DNA of 64,000 nt, taken from sequence record OP752703.1; one strand, 5' to 3'. The notes beneath the pieces were generated by a model. That model was not told the origin of the DNA. It did no database searches and saw nothing but the letters and a program-made list of their open reading frames with translations. Shown here in pieces: positions 52,950 through 61,653 of this stretch. Positions within the stretch are counted from its first letter, which is position 1, and every line of letters begins with the position of its first letter. The position numbers were made by a program, and so were the translations under genes.

Positions 52950-54058
52950 TTAATATTTTCTGCCACTTACTCAGAAGGTGTCTAGTCTTCCTCTGCTGTT
53001 TTGTGCTGACTTCCGCCCGCTAAGGCTGTCATGGCAGGAGCTTAAGCCTGCCCTAGTAGGGGGTCGATAGAGCCATGCTTAATTAGGCTCCCCTGTTAAG
53101 GACTCTTCCCGCTCGTTAGACAAGTAAGTGTCAGAAAATATTAACTAATCATTAATTGGTTATGCCTGAGAATACAGCATTCCGATGGTTGCCTTTAGAG
53201 TCATTATCCCAACGTTGCGTCGTGGGTTCTACTCTTTTCCACCCCCTCATGGAGGTATCAACCACACCGGCCTAGTTTAAAGTGGTGGCATTACCACTGT
53301 CAAGTATGATTACTCATGGTGTCCTCTACCGCCTGCCTTGCGGGCAGTACGCTTCTGCTAAGAAGTTACGTGCGATTCTTCCATAACATCCCTCTGCCTT
53401 GCGAGCTTTAAGATGGCTTGATTCAGATTTCTCTGTCAAGCATTACGGTGCTATCATCATACTCCGGCGACAACTTTGCATTTAATAGTATAGTTTTCAA
53501 CCAAAATGAAAGTTATGATTAGCTCTGATAGGACGTGTGCCGCCGATGCTTCATAGCCTTTTGAGCTACAAAATACACTACGCCCCGTATCCGTTCGTTG
53601 GCACTACTTGGACCGTTACTGAGAATATGCCCTTCGACACACCCTTTTGTTACTGGAAGTCGCTCTTACCCGCCAAGGTTCGAACTATTTCACTTCCTCT
53701 GCCTTAGAATCATTCTTAGATAGTTTGCAAGGTCTAGTGGCTTGCGGGCCACACATCACAACTTTTACGCTGTGGTTGCTTTCGACTTTCTACCGTCCGA
53801 ACTTCGCTCTTTAAGCCAGCGAACCCTTTTGGAGTTTGGCTGTTCTGACATTCTGTTTGATGGGGCCTTATACTAGGTGGACTTACCGAGTTAATCATTA
53901 GTTCGTCCTTTAGGCATATCACTATACCCTATCCCAACTTGAACCAGTTTCCCGAAGCAAGTTGTCAAACCAGACAGGAGGGCGAGGACCGAAGTCTTGA
54001 CTCAATTCCCTCTCTGTTTCGCCCATTTTATCGGTGGGCATCATCAGTGGTTCCGATG
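52950..54058 (-). ncRNA. ~1.1-kb structured RNA, GOLLD/ROOL-like (candidate)
   Basis: no credible ORF, own promoter, GCAA tetraloop hairpins, long-range complementarity, inside tRNA cluster. Confidence 0.55.
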
Positions 54059-54064
54059 GCGATC

Positions 54065-54092
54065 ATTATACATGATCTTTGGTGCTTGTCAA
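54065..54092 (-). promoter_or_regulatory. sigma70 promoter of the large RNA
   Basis: TTGACA-16-TATAAT. Confidence 0.8.
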
Positions 54093-54107
54093 CACCTAAT
54101 TTAAAAT

Positions 54108-54385
54108 TGGACGCGGATGCATTGTCACCCTTACCGCCGACAAGGGGGCAAACCCCGGAAGTCGATACTGCCTCACTAATCAAGGGTTCCGTTTTGCCCC
54201 GGATGACCTAACTAGCTTACACTCGTCCGTTATTTCGTCTGAGTCGATTACTCACACTAATGTCCTGTCTAGAATGGCGCATTAATGCTCTGTAATGTAG
54301 TCCTTTCTGTTCTATCCTAAACGGTTGGCCGGGAGTTGAACCCTGCATCCCAGCGCGCAAAGGTCGGGATGATGACCGCAATCCA
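54108..54385 (-). ncRNA. ~275-nt structured RNA ending in CCA (candidate)
   Basis: 5' GGATTGCGG pairs with 3' CCGCGTCC-A; internal GGGTTCAACTCCC T-arm. Confidence 0.5.
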
Positions 54386-54427
54386 ATTAAAGAACGTACT
54401 CCTGTAACTGTCACACTCAGAATATTC

Positions 54428-54502
54428 TGGCCGCATCTGGTGGTTATGCTCCACCGTTTCCCTCAGTAAAAGAGGTTGCCCTAATAACTAGACGAAGATG
54501 CG
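54428..54502 (-). tRNA. degenerate Glu-like tRNA with TTA (ochre) anticodon position
   Basis: CGCATCT/AGATGCG-G-CCA; loop TTTTACT; T loop AGCATAA. Confidence 0.55.
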
Positions 54503-54510
54503 TTAAAACT

Positions 54511-54586
54511 TGGAGCAGACGCCCGGAAGTCGAACCGGGTACTCCTACTTGGAAGGAAGGTATGTTTCCACTTACACCACGCCTGC
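54511..54586 (-). tRNA. tRNA-Gly(TCC) copy 1
   Basis: cloverleaf, U73, CCA. Confidence 0.9.
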
Positions 54587-55096
54587 TTAATATTGTCGCT
54601 TGATTATACGGTAAATCTGCATCTTGTCAACACCGAATTTTTCAGCCAATGCTCTTCCGGTTGTTTCCTTTCCATGCTTTCCGTAATTATCAATTATAAA
54701 TTGTCTATCATTCTCTGATAGTTTTGATTGTGGATGCGTATGACCCTTTCTAGTTCCTATAGAACTAAGCCCTAGGGACCACGCGTGCTGCGTATTTTCT
54801 TGTGCTGTTACCCATTCAAGATTAGAAAAATGATTATTAGTCTTATCTCCATCTATATGGTTAACTTGATTTTTGTTATCTGGATTCTTTACGAAATACT
54901 CAGCCACATATCTATGTGGTTTAAGTAATTCGGCCTTACCTTTTCTGCCGTAAGGTCTAACGGAAATACCCAAATATCCTGTAGATTTATTTAAGTATTG
55001 TTTAAGTATTTTCCCTGTTTTGAGGCTTCTTACATTACCTGTATTAGAAATCTCAAATTTCTTATTAAACTTCTCAATTACTTCCCACTGTTCCAT
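54587..55096 (-). mobile_element. free-standing NUMOD4/HNH homing endonuclease
   Basis: FEISNTGNVRS, HRYVAEYF, VNHIDGDKTNNHFSNLEWVT. Confidence 0.9.
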
Positions 55097-55152
55097 TAAT
55101 ATTCTCAATTTACAAGAGTATTTAGGAGCGGGAAGTGGATACTGAACTTTCC

Positions 55153-55225
55153 AGCGGGCAACGCGACTCGAACGCGCATTTTCAGGGTCGGACACCTTGA
55201 CGCTTTACCATTAAGCTATGCCCGC
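55153..55225 (-). tRNA. tRNA-Gly(TCC) copy 2, atypical (G33, no CCA)
   Basis: GCGGGCA/TGCCCGC-T; loop TGTCCGA. Confidence 0.7.
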
Positions 55226-55239
55226 ATAGAGGAAATATA

Positions 55240-55572
55240 TCAGTTGGTTCCTAGCTTGTCAACAATGGCAACAAGTTGCTTAGGCGTATCAGCAACAACC
55301 GTCAATCGATTGCCCTGATTGTTGAACAAGTTTACCATACTTACTAGGTATTCGGTAGAGTGAACGTTGTCCGCTTTTAGATCGTAGGTACTGCCGCTCT
55401 TAGTCTGGACGCGGAAGACGCCATCAACACATTCGCCCTTAACTAGGGCAGTGGATAGACGCCAACCGCGACCTGATTCACTCAATAGGCGGTATTCATC
55501 ATAGTCAACTGCATAAACGACTACTGCTGCATCTATTTGGATGTTTTGGCTAGGAGCCATTTTCTGCCACAT
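55240..55572 (-). CDS. hypothetical protein
   Basis: start re-assigned to MWQKMA; VQTKSGSTY. Confidence 0.65.
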   Translation of the reverse strand: MWQKMAPSQNIQIDAAVVVYAVDYDEYRLLSESGRGWRLSTALVKGECVDGVFRVQTKSGSTYDLKADNVHSTEYLVSMVNLFNNQGNRLTVVADTPKQLVAIVDKLGTN

Positions 55573-55839
55573 GAGAAATCCTCTAAGGTTATTAAAACTG
55601 GTGGGAAGGCCGGTACTGTTATTCCGGCATGTGGAGATTTCGTTTACACTTTTCGGATTCATTTGGAACACGTATCAAAACCCGTATCTTCGTGTCCCTG
55701 TAAACACCCTCCCTCTTAGTCAAGATTGTGGCGTTAATTCGCCCGCAGGGTTTACTGCGTCTCTCTCACTTAGGTATCTGCCTTTTCAGGCCCTCTTACT
55801 TGATAGCGTATCAGTCTACGCATTCTTCCCATAAAACTT

Positions 55840-55926
55840 TGGTAGGGATGACAGGACTCGAACCTGCACGGCCATTACAGCCAAGGGATTTTGAATCCCC
55901 CGCGTCTACCATTCCACCACATCCCC
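55840..55926 (-). tRNA. tRNA-Leu(CAA)
   Basis: long variable arm, CCA. Confidence 0.92.
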
Positions 55927-55933
55927 AAATTAC

Positions 55934-56194
55934 TTATGCCTTCTTTAGTTTACCATAATTGCGATGGTATTCAAGGCCCTTGTTGCACAGATCACGCAGA
56001 GCGGTTAGATTCTCTACACTATTAAGCATGTTAATAGCGAACTCACTCGGAATGCGGCTCGGTGCATTGGCTACAAATGCCGTTTCTAGCCCACTCTTCA
56101 CCTTGTAAGCGGCTTCATGCTTCTGAGCAATTGCACGGGAGGCATGTTCCTTACCATCGGAAGTAGTGTATACAGTCTTTGCTTTAATAGTCAT
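55934..56194 (-). CDS. hypothetical protein
   Basis: VYTTSDGKEH..R..A.KHE. Confidence 0.7.
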   Translation of the reverse strand: MTIKAKTVYTTSDGKEHASRAIAQKHEAAYKVKSGLETAFVANAPSRIPSEFAINMLNSVENLTALRDLCNKGLEYHRNYGKLKKA

Positions 56195-56590
56195 TAATAG
56201 ATACCTATTTAGGGTTTGTAGAAATTTGTAAAATTTGAATGCCTTGGTAAGGATATCTAGCTTTCACCACAAAAGCTAGCTGCATTATCAACAAAGGAGG
56301 ATTCAATTATAGGAGAAAAATATGAAAACAACAACCGAATGGGGTTCTCCGTATCACTACGCCCATAGGTGTTCTTCAAGGCATTCAATCTTTACAAACT
56401 TGCTTCCGGTTACTACGCACTCCGGCTTCCCGCTTTCAGCACCCTATCGCAGTTCAATTCTGCATCATATTGGTGGGGATAGGTCACGCTCTTTAGTACA
56501 ACTGACGTGTGAGCTTCCGTCAGTAGCGACAATCTTATACTCAACGCTTTCGATTGTCAAGGGCTATAGCTGCAACTACAGCCCAAGAAT

Positions 56591-56662
56591 AGCTGCACAG
56601 TAGAGGATTCGAACCTCCCAAGGCGTGCGCGACACCCTGTCTCGCCATGATGTTCCTGTGCA
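56591..56662 (-). ncRNA. tRNA-like element (acceptor + T arm, abnormal core)
   Basis: TGCACAG/CTGTGCA, GGAGG-TTCGAAT-CCTCT. Confidence 0.5.
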
Positions 56663-56679
56663 TAAAAAGGGCTTTGAGG

Positions 56680-57130
56680 GTAGGTTTCTCTCCTACTAGT
56701 CTACCATCCTAGGTTATATGGTAGGTTCTGCACTTTAGAGCCTCAAACTGAGGGTAGGCATAGCCTACCTCTAAACTTAATATTCTGCAACCTTTATCTG
56801 ATAATCGCCCCGTTGCTCCATCTGTCTCTTGGACGTTGGGGCCATGGTCGCTACTCTCTTGGGGAACATTTCTCTAAGCCGACAGAGCCAGAAACTACTA
56901 TTATCCTTGATTTTACGCCAGATTACGCCATGTCGTATTAAAGTTGCAGATTATTAAATTCATATATGGAGTAACAGTCTCCCTTTCCATCGGGGATATA
57001 CTTAACGTTTGATACATCTGACAGTGTTTGTCCCGGTCAGTAGAGACTTCTAATAGGTGCGCTTTCTGACATTGGCCGCTATCATGTTACTACCCTGCCG
57101 ACTGTCACTCAATATATGAACTCAATATAT
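56680..57130 (-). ncRNA. ~450-nt structured non-coding region (candidate RNA)
   Basis: no ORF >=60 aa in track; 13/14-bp long-range helix. Confidence 0.45.
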
Positions 57131-57145
57131 GAACTCAATCCGCTC

Positions 57146-57160
57146 AAATTGTTAAAGAAC
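57146..57160 (-). promoter_or_regulatory. rrn-type boxA antitermination element
   Basis: GTTCTTTAACAATTT about 30 nt downstream of promoter TTGACA-16-TAGAAT (57197-57224). Confidence 0.7.
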
Positions 57161-57232
57161 TCGGTGGGTCGCCTCTTTGCTATCACCGTGATGCACATTC
57201 TACAGCATCATTCACGTTTGTCAACATCTTTT

Positions 57233-57309
57233 TGGTCGTCGGGGAAGGTTTCGAACCTTCACTGATCCCTCTTTGTGAGGGACTGCTCTACCAGTTAAGC
57301 TACCCGCCG
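57233..57309 (-). tRNA. atypical class-I tRNA with CAA at anticodon position (A33, C32-G38)
   Basis: C1-G72/A73, loop CACAAAG, CCA. Confidence 0.6.
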
Positions 57310-57326
57310 ATTCCGATCATTCTACA

Positions 57327-58223
57327 TCAATTTTCCGTCATGTCAACAGTCAATTTCTGTAGTTCCGCTTTGTAATGTTCCAGCTTCTTAGCAGCTTTCT
57401 CATTCTTCTGCGCTTCTACTTGATACTTAGCAACGCTAATCAAGTGAAGGTACATCTTAGCAGCTTCATTTTGGATTTGCAAGCCCAACTTAACAAGTCG
57501 TTCATTGCGTGCCGCATAAAGCTGTTCAAGAGGGCCGAGCGAATTACAGGATCGGATGGACTTATTAAGCACCTTCACCTTTTGATACAACCTACCATCA
57601 ATCCCTGCTCGGAGTTTGTTAGAACCCGGCTGGTAACACTGGCTTAGGACTGCATCAAGATCGAATTCACTCTTCTCTTGTTTAAACGTTTGTTCAGCAG
57701 CCATCTTAGCTTCATGGATAATGAGGCGAGCCACCCTATCCTCTTCGCGTTGCTGCTTCTTAAGCTCGATGAACGCCCCTTGCGGGGTGTTACCGTGCCT
57801 CTGCCTGTATTCTACCAAAGCGTCTGTCTCTAGTCCAGCTAGGAACTTAGCTTCATTGACATACTTGGCACCACCGGCTGTTCCAATTGCAAACGTACCC
57901 TTGGCAGGATAGTATAGCATGTTTGTAACTACTGTTACAATTACTAGAACATCTTCTTCCGGCTTGTATCGACAAACAAATACGAAATGACCGTTGTAAC
58001 TGACAAATTCAGTTCCATCGCCGCCATTCTTAGTTGAAATGGCATTGTAGTAAAACGGTACTCGCTTCCAATCAGTAAGGTGTTGTCCTGCACGGACCAT
58101 CTTACTAATTACGATCATCAATTCTGAGTGACTGCCATATGGAGGGATGAACCTATCGAATCGTTCGATGATTCGTTCCTTGGCGTGCTTGGAAACTACA
58201 ATCTTCGTATTAGGAGAAATCAT
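57327..58223 (-). CDS. hypothetical protein (N-terminal SKHAKER...LVIVTV domain, C-terminal coiled coil)
   Basis: 298-aa ORF. Confidence 0.7.
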   Translation of the reverse strand: MISPNTKIVVSKHAKERIIERFDRFIPPYGSHSELMIVISKMVRAGQHLTDWKRVPFYYNAISTKNGGDGTEFVSYNGHFVFVCRYKPEEDVLVIVTVVTNMLYYPAKGTFAIGTAGGAKYVNEAKFLAGLETDALVEYRQRHGNTPQGAFIELKKQQREEDRVARLIIHEAKMAAEQTFKQEKSEFDLDAVLSQCYQPGSNKLRAGIDGRLYQKVKVLNKSIRSCNSLGPLEQLYAARNERLVKLGLQIQNEAAKMYLHLISVAKYQVEAQKNEKAAKKLEHYKAELQKLTVDMTEN

Positions 58224-58327
58224 GGCTTCAATTTAATTGATAATGGGAGGTTTGTCAACTCTTTTTCTAAAAGACTCTTTGAATCTCTTAGAGAAAGAAT
58301 TGGGCATCCGAAGATGCCCAACCTATT

Positions 58328-58403
58328 TGGTGCGCTTTGGGGGATTCGAACCCCCGATCATCCGTTTTAGAGGCGGCTGCTTTAACCACTAAGCTAAAAG
58401 CGC
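58328..58403 (-). tRNA. amber suppressor tRNA (CTA anticodon)
   Basis: loop CT-CTA-AA, canonical D/T arms, A73, CCA. Confidence 0.85.
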
Positions 58404-58410
58404 TTATTTG

Positions 58411-58920
58411 TTACGGTAGCTGTGCGTAGAAGCCAGCCATGATGATTACAGCAGTGATGAAGGCGACGAACGCACCACCGGGGAAATCCTGCGACTCACC
58501 CGAGTACCACTTGAACGACTGTAGCTTACCCTTTTCGTTGTAGACACCGAAGGTCTTACGCGACCACCAAATCCACAGACCACCGAAGATGAATAGCCAA
58601 GTCATTGCGCCGATCCACTGATTAATTTCAGCGCCAGCGAACTTGAAGATGACTACTAGAATCAGTAGGAAGCCAGCCGGGCTAGTGATGAAATCCTGTA
58701 GCTCGACGTTTAGCTTGGAGGCAGTGCGGGTGACTGCATCGGCTAGGCCGTCTGCGATGTTGACCAGTTCACTCTTCTGAGCTACAGGGGTCGGTGCAGA
58801 GGATGCCTTAGCAGCTTCGACAGCAGCGGCGTGGTTGGCTTCCTTAGCAGCGTCCTGTGCAAAGGCCGGAGTGGCTACCATTGCGATGGAGAGCAGTAGT
58901 GCAGCAAAAATCTTACGCAT
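58411..58920 (-). CDS. exported/membrane protein
   Basis: signal peptide AFA, TM segments. Confidence 0.8.
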   Translation of the reverse strand: MRKIFAALLLSIAMVATPAFAQDAAKEANHAAAVEAAKASSAPTPVAQKSELVNIADGLADAVTRTASKLNVELQDFITSPAGFLLILVVIFKFAGAEINQWIGAMTWLFIFGGLWIWWSRKTFGVYNEKGKLQSFKWYSGESQDFPGGAFVAFITAVIIMAGFYAQLP

Positions 58921-58973
58921 TTGTTTGTTTTCCTTAGTTGGGAGTGGTTAGTTTATCAGGTTAAATCGGTGTG

Positions 58974-59249
58974 TCAAGCGTTTTGTGAATCTTTCTTTCG
59001 TTCTTGCTCTACTTCCCAGCGTTCGATTGCCTGCTGGATTGAAGCCAGTGTAGCAGCATGAACGGAGGAATGCAATACATCAGGTGTTCCTTGTGGGGGT
59101 TTGGAGTGATACGCAGTTCCCCACTGGTCATCGATAATAGTCTGAACGATCCAGTCATTTACCGCGATTCGATAATGGGGAGCTTTCTTCTTTTTAACAC
59201 AAATGAAGCCGTCTACTTTATTCAACAGGTCATCGATTGTCAATTCCAT
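58974..59249 (-). CDS. hypothetical protein
   Basis: ORF track. Confidence 0.6.
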   Translation of the reverse strand: MELTIDDLLNKVDGFICVKKKKAPHYRIAVNDWIVQTIIDDQWGTAYHSKPPQGTPDVLHSSVHAATLASIQQAIERWEVEQERKKDSQNA

Positions 59250-59276
59250 GTGGGCTAAATATCTTTAAAGGGAAAT

Positions 59277-59963
59277 TTGATGAAACTTGAACAGCTAGAT
59301 CAGTGGTATGTGGAGTGCAAACACCACGTCAGTGGAACCGTTCGTGAAGTTGTAGAATACTGCATCGCTAACCAAATTACAAGCGCCAAAGTGATCGACG
59401 TGGGTAGCAATGTCGGTGGATTCGTAGAAGGACTATCTAACCACATAACAATCGAAGATGCAATACAGATCGAACCGATTGAAATGCTTAGAGAGTACGC
59501 TAAGAACCTACACCCTGAGTATACCTACATCGGTAACCCTGTGTCAAACAAAGTGCAGACAGTTCATATCTACACCAATCCTGACTCGTTAAATCTTGGT
59601 ACATCCAAGATCATGCCTAACCCGCCTGAGACAGACGTTCAAGCATACGAGACAACAACACTCACTATACTATCAAAGCAATTTGATTTCAAGGCCGACA
59701 TTGTTAAAGTTGACGCAGAAGGCCATGACATTGAGTGTATCGACGGCTACCTAGAGTATCTACAGGAGACAGGTCATAGACCCGCTCTAATAACTATTGA
59801 AAGAACGCGAGATATGGACTTCTCAGCCCTTCTCAGCGCCCTAGAGCTACTAGGCTACCGCATGACCTACCTCGGCCATCTGGATGCGTCTAGCGAGCTA
59901 TTCTTCATTCCTAAAGACGCCAACAAATCTTATCACATGATCGAATACGAAAAAGGAGCCTAA
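59277..59963 (+). CDS. FkbM-family SAM methyltransferase
   Basis: VIDVGSNVG, QIEP, KVDAEGHD; CTAAATA upstream. Confidence 0.85.
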   Translation: MMKLEQLDQWYVECKHHVSGTVREVVEYCIANQITSAKVIDVGSNVGGFVEGLSNHITIEDAIQIEPIEMLREYAKNLHPEYTYIGNPVSNKVQTVHIYTNPDSLNLGTSKIMPNPPETDVQAYETTTLTILSKQFDFKADIVKVDAEGHDIECIDGYLEYLQETGHRPALITIERTRDMDFSALLSALELLGYRMTYLGHLDASSELFFIPKDANKSYHMIEYEKGA

Positions 59964-59978
59964 TGGCTCCTTTTTCTT
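59949..59978. terminator. bidirectional terminator
   Basis: GAAAAAGGAGCC-TAAT-GGCTCCTTTTTC. Confidence 0.85.
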
Positions 59979-60280
59979 TATAGCTTACCATCAATGATAT
60001 CTTGCTTGCTACGTTCAGTGAATAGTGCATTCATCTTAGGTGCAGGCTTCTTCTTGATGGCCCAACGATCATTTACCACGTCTCGCTGTAGAATCCAATC
60101 GTTACCACGGAAGGTGAAGTGTGTCAAGATAAGAATCTTGTTCTCACTTCCCTCAAAGTACATGCGATTGACTCTCACAGGAGTCTTTAGGTTAAAGGCC
60201 ATGAAAGCCAGCAAGTCTCTACTTGCCTCGATATCCTTCATGGCCTTTGAATCGTCAGTGAAGTAACGATTCTCTTGCAT
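59978..60280 (-). CDS. hypothetical protein
   Basis: ORF track. Confidence 0.65.
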   Translation of the reverse strand: MQENRYFTDDSKAMKDIEASRDLLAFMAFNLKTPVRVNRMYFEGSENKILILTHFTFRGNDWILQRDVVNDRWAIKKKPAPKMNALFTERSKQDIIDGKL

Positions 60281-60281
60281 T

Positions 60282-60542
60282 TTACTTCTTAACGACTAGG
60301 ATGCAGTCAGCAAATGCACGAACAAAGCTGCCAGTCTTAGCCGACTTGTAGGTAAAGCCGTCGCCCTCAATCGGGACAACCTTACCGGTTGAAACGTCTT
60401 CAAAGATCACCTGACCACCGCTGTAGCACTTCACATCGGCCTGATCGCCATAAGCGAAGACGTTAGCGATTTCTGCATCAGTACAGCCAGACAGGGAAGC
60501 GGTAGCAGCAATTAGAGCAACAGCTAGAAAAGTCTTACGCAT
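60282..60542 (-). CDS. lipoprotein (paralogue A)
   Basis: LSG-C; CYSGGQVIFED..TGKV. Confidence 0.8.
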   Translation of the reverse strand: MRKTFLAVALIAATASLSGCTDAEIANVFAYGDQADVKCYSGGQVIFEDVSTGKVVPIEGDGFTYKSAKTGSFVRAFADCILVVKK

Positions 60543-60556
60543 TTTAAGTCCTTGAT

Positions 60557-60778
60557 TTAGTTAGGGATTTTCTCGCATTTCATTTCACTACCGGGAATGA
60601 GAGTGACACGATTGCCAGTTTTCTTTGAAACATATTCATACCCATCGAAATCGATGGGGGTTACTTTACCAATTGCAGTATCTTCAAAAACTACTTGTCC
60701 TTTAAGGCGACATTCAACGCCTTCTTTAGTGCAGGCAGTTAGGGTGATGACAGCAGCAATTAGAATCATAGTCCGCAT
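60557..60778 (-). CDS. lipoprotein (paralogue B)
   Basis: LTA-C; CRLKGQVVFED..IGKV. Confidence 0.75.
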   Translation of the reverse strand: MRTMILIAAVITLTACTKEGVECRLKGQVVFEDTAIGKVTPIDFDGYEYVSKKTGNRVTLIPGSEMKCEKIPN

Positions 60779-60805
60779 GATATGTCTCTGTTTAGTTAGG
60801 GAAAT

Positions 60806-60891
60806 TGGTGGACAGGGTTGGATTCGAACCAACGTACCCCGAAGGGAGCAGATTTACAGTCTGCCGGTTTTAACCACTCACCCACCTGTCC
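60806..60891 (-). tRNA. tRNA-Tyr(GTA)
   Basis: long variable arm, CCA. Confidence 0.93.
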
Positions 60892-60904
60892 GTGGATTCT
60901 TATT

Positions 60905-61228
60905 TTACCACCACCAGTGGATCAGAATCAATGCCTTTGGATCAATATCCGGCTTCTGTTCGGTGATGTATTGGATTGTAGCATGGTACTTGTCTTGTTT
61001 AACAAGCTTTTCCAGCGAAGAATGAATAATGTAACAATCGTTACCTAGTTCATATTCGTCCCACATTTTGCGGACTTCATCTTCAACTTCAATAGGACAC
61101 GTGGACCATTGAGCATCGAGATAGAAGACTTCACGGAAACCAGCGTTAACGTCATCCGGGTTAGGGGTGTCGTTCCACTTGTGGTGGTAACTGGAAGTCT
61201 TGCCAGACCATACAATCTTATCAGTCAT
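60905..61228 (-). CDS. hypothetical protein (..CP.EV...WW family)
   Basis: start re-assigned to MTDKIV. Confidence 0.7.
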   Translation of the reverse strand: MTDKIVWSGKTSSYHHKWNDTPNPDDVNAGFREVFYLDAQWSTCPIEVEDEVRKMWDEYELGNDCYIIHSSLEKLVKQDKYHATIQYITEQKPDIDPKALILIHWWW

Positions 61229-61238
61229 TTTATTTAGT

Positions 61239-61460
61239 TTACCAAATTGGAGGGTGAACTTCAATGTTATATACGTAATAATTAATTTCGTATAATTGAC
61301 ACTTGTGGATGAAATGTGATTCCAGCTTATGGATGGCATCCTGTTCGGATGTTGCCATTACAATACGAGTGATCGACGTTGTTACAGGTTTACACATGTA
61401 ACGGTTGGTGTCAAGCGTTGCTTGAACTAGATACGGCTGGTCATTCATCGTAATCATCAT
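61239..61460 (-). CDS. hypothetical protein
   Basis: ORF track. Confidence 0.6.
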   Translation of the reverse strand: MMITMNDQPYLVQATLDTNRYMCKPVTTSITRIVMATSEQDAIHKLESHFIHKCQLYEINYYVYNIEVHPPIW

Positions 61461-61653
61461 CAGTCTCTAGAACAAGAATCTGATGCTCTAGCATACCGAC
61501 CTTATTGCGCAGTTCGTCGCGCTCATTGGTTAGATTACCAACCATGTTCGCAACAATCCTTAGAAACTCTTCATTGTTGTCTTTATGCCTGATCTGCAAG
61601 GTTCGCAGTTCAGTCTTATAAAACTGATGGTCGCTCATAGTGTCTTCCAGCAA
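61441..61653 (-). CDS. hypothetical coiled-coil protein
   Basis: ORF track. Confidence 0.6.
   Translation of the reverse strand: MLEDTMSDHQFYKTELRTLQIRHKDNNEEFLRIVANMVGNLTNERDELRNKVGMLEHQILVLETDDDYDE

Noticed and set aside
52803-54414. Short ORFs 52803..52985, 53734..53922, 53939..54211, 54217..54414
   Set aside because: No RBS or phage codon usage; the region is better explained as structured RNA.
52950-57130. Canonical tmRNA, RNase P RNA or rRNA
   Set aside because: No GGGGC..GGATTCGAC 5' end with tag ORF, no GAGGAAAGTCC/P4 pair, no rRNA signatures found by eye; only partial resemblances, reported as candidates.
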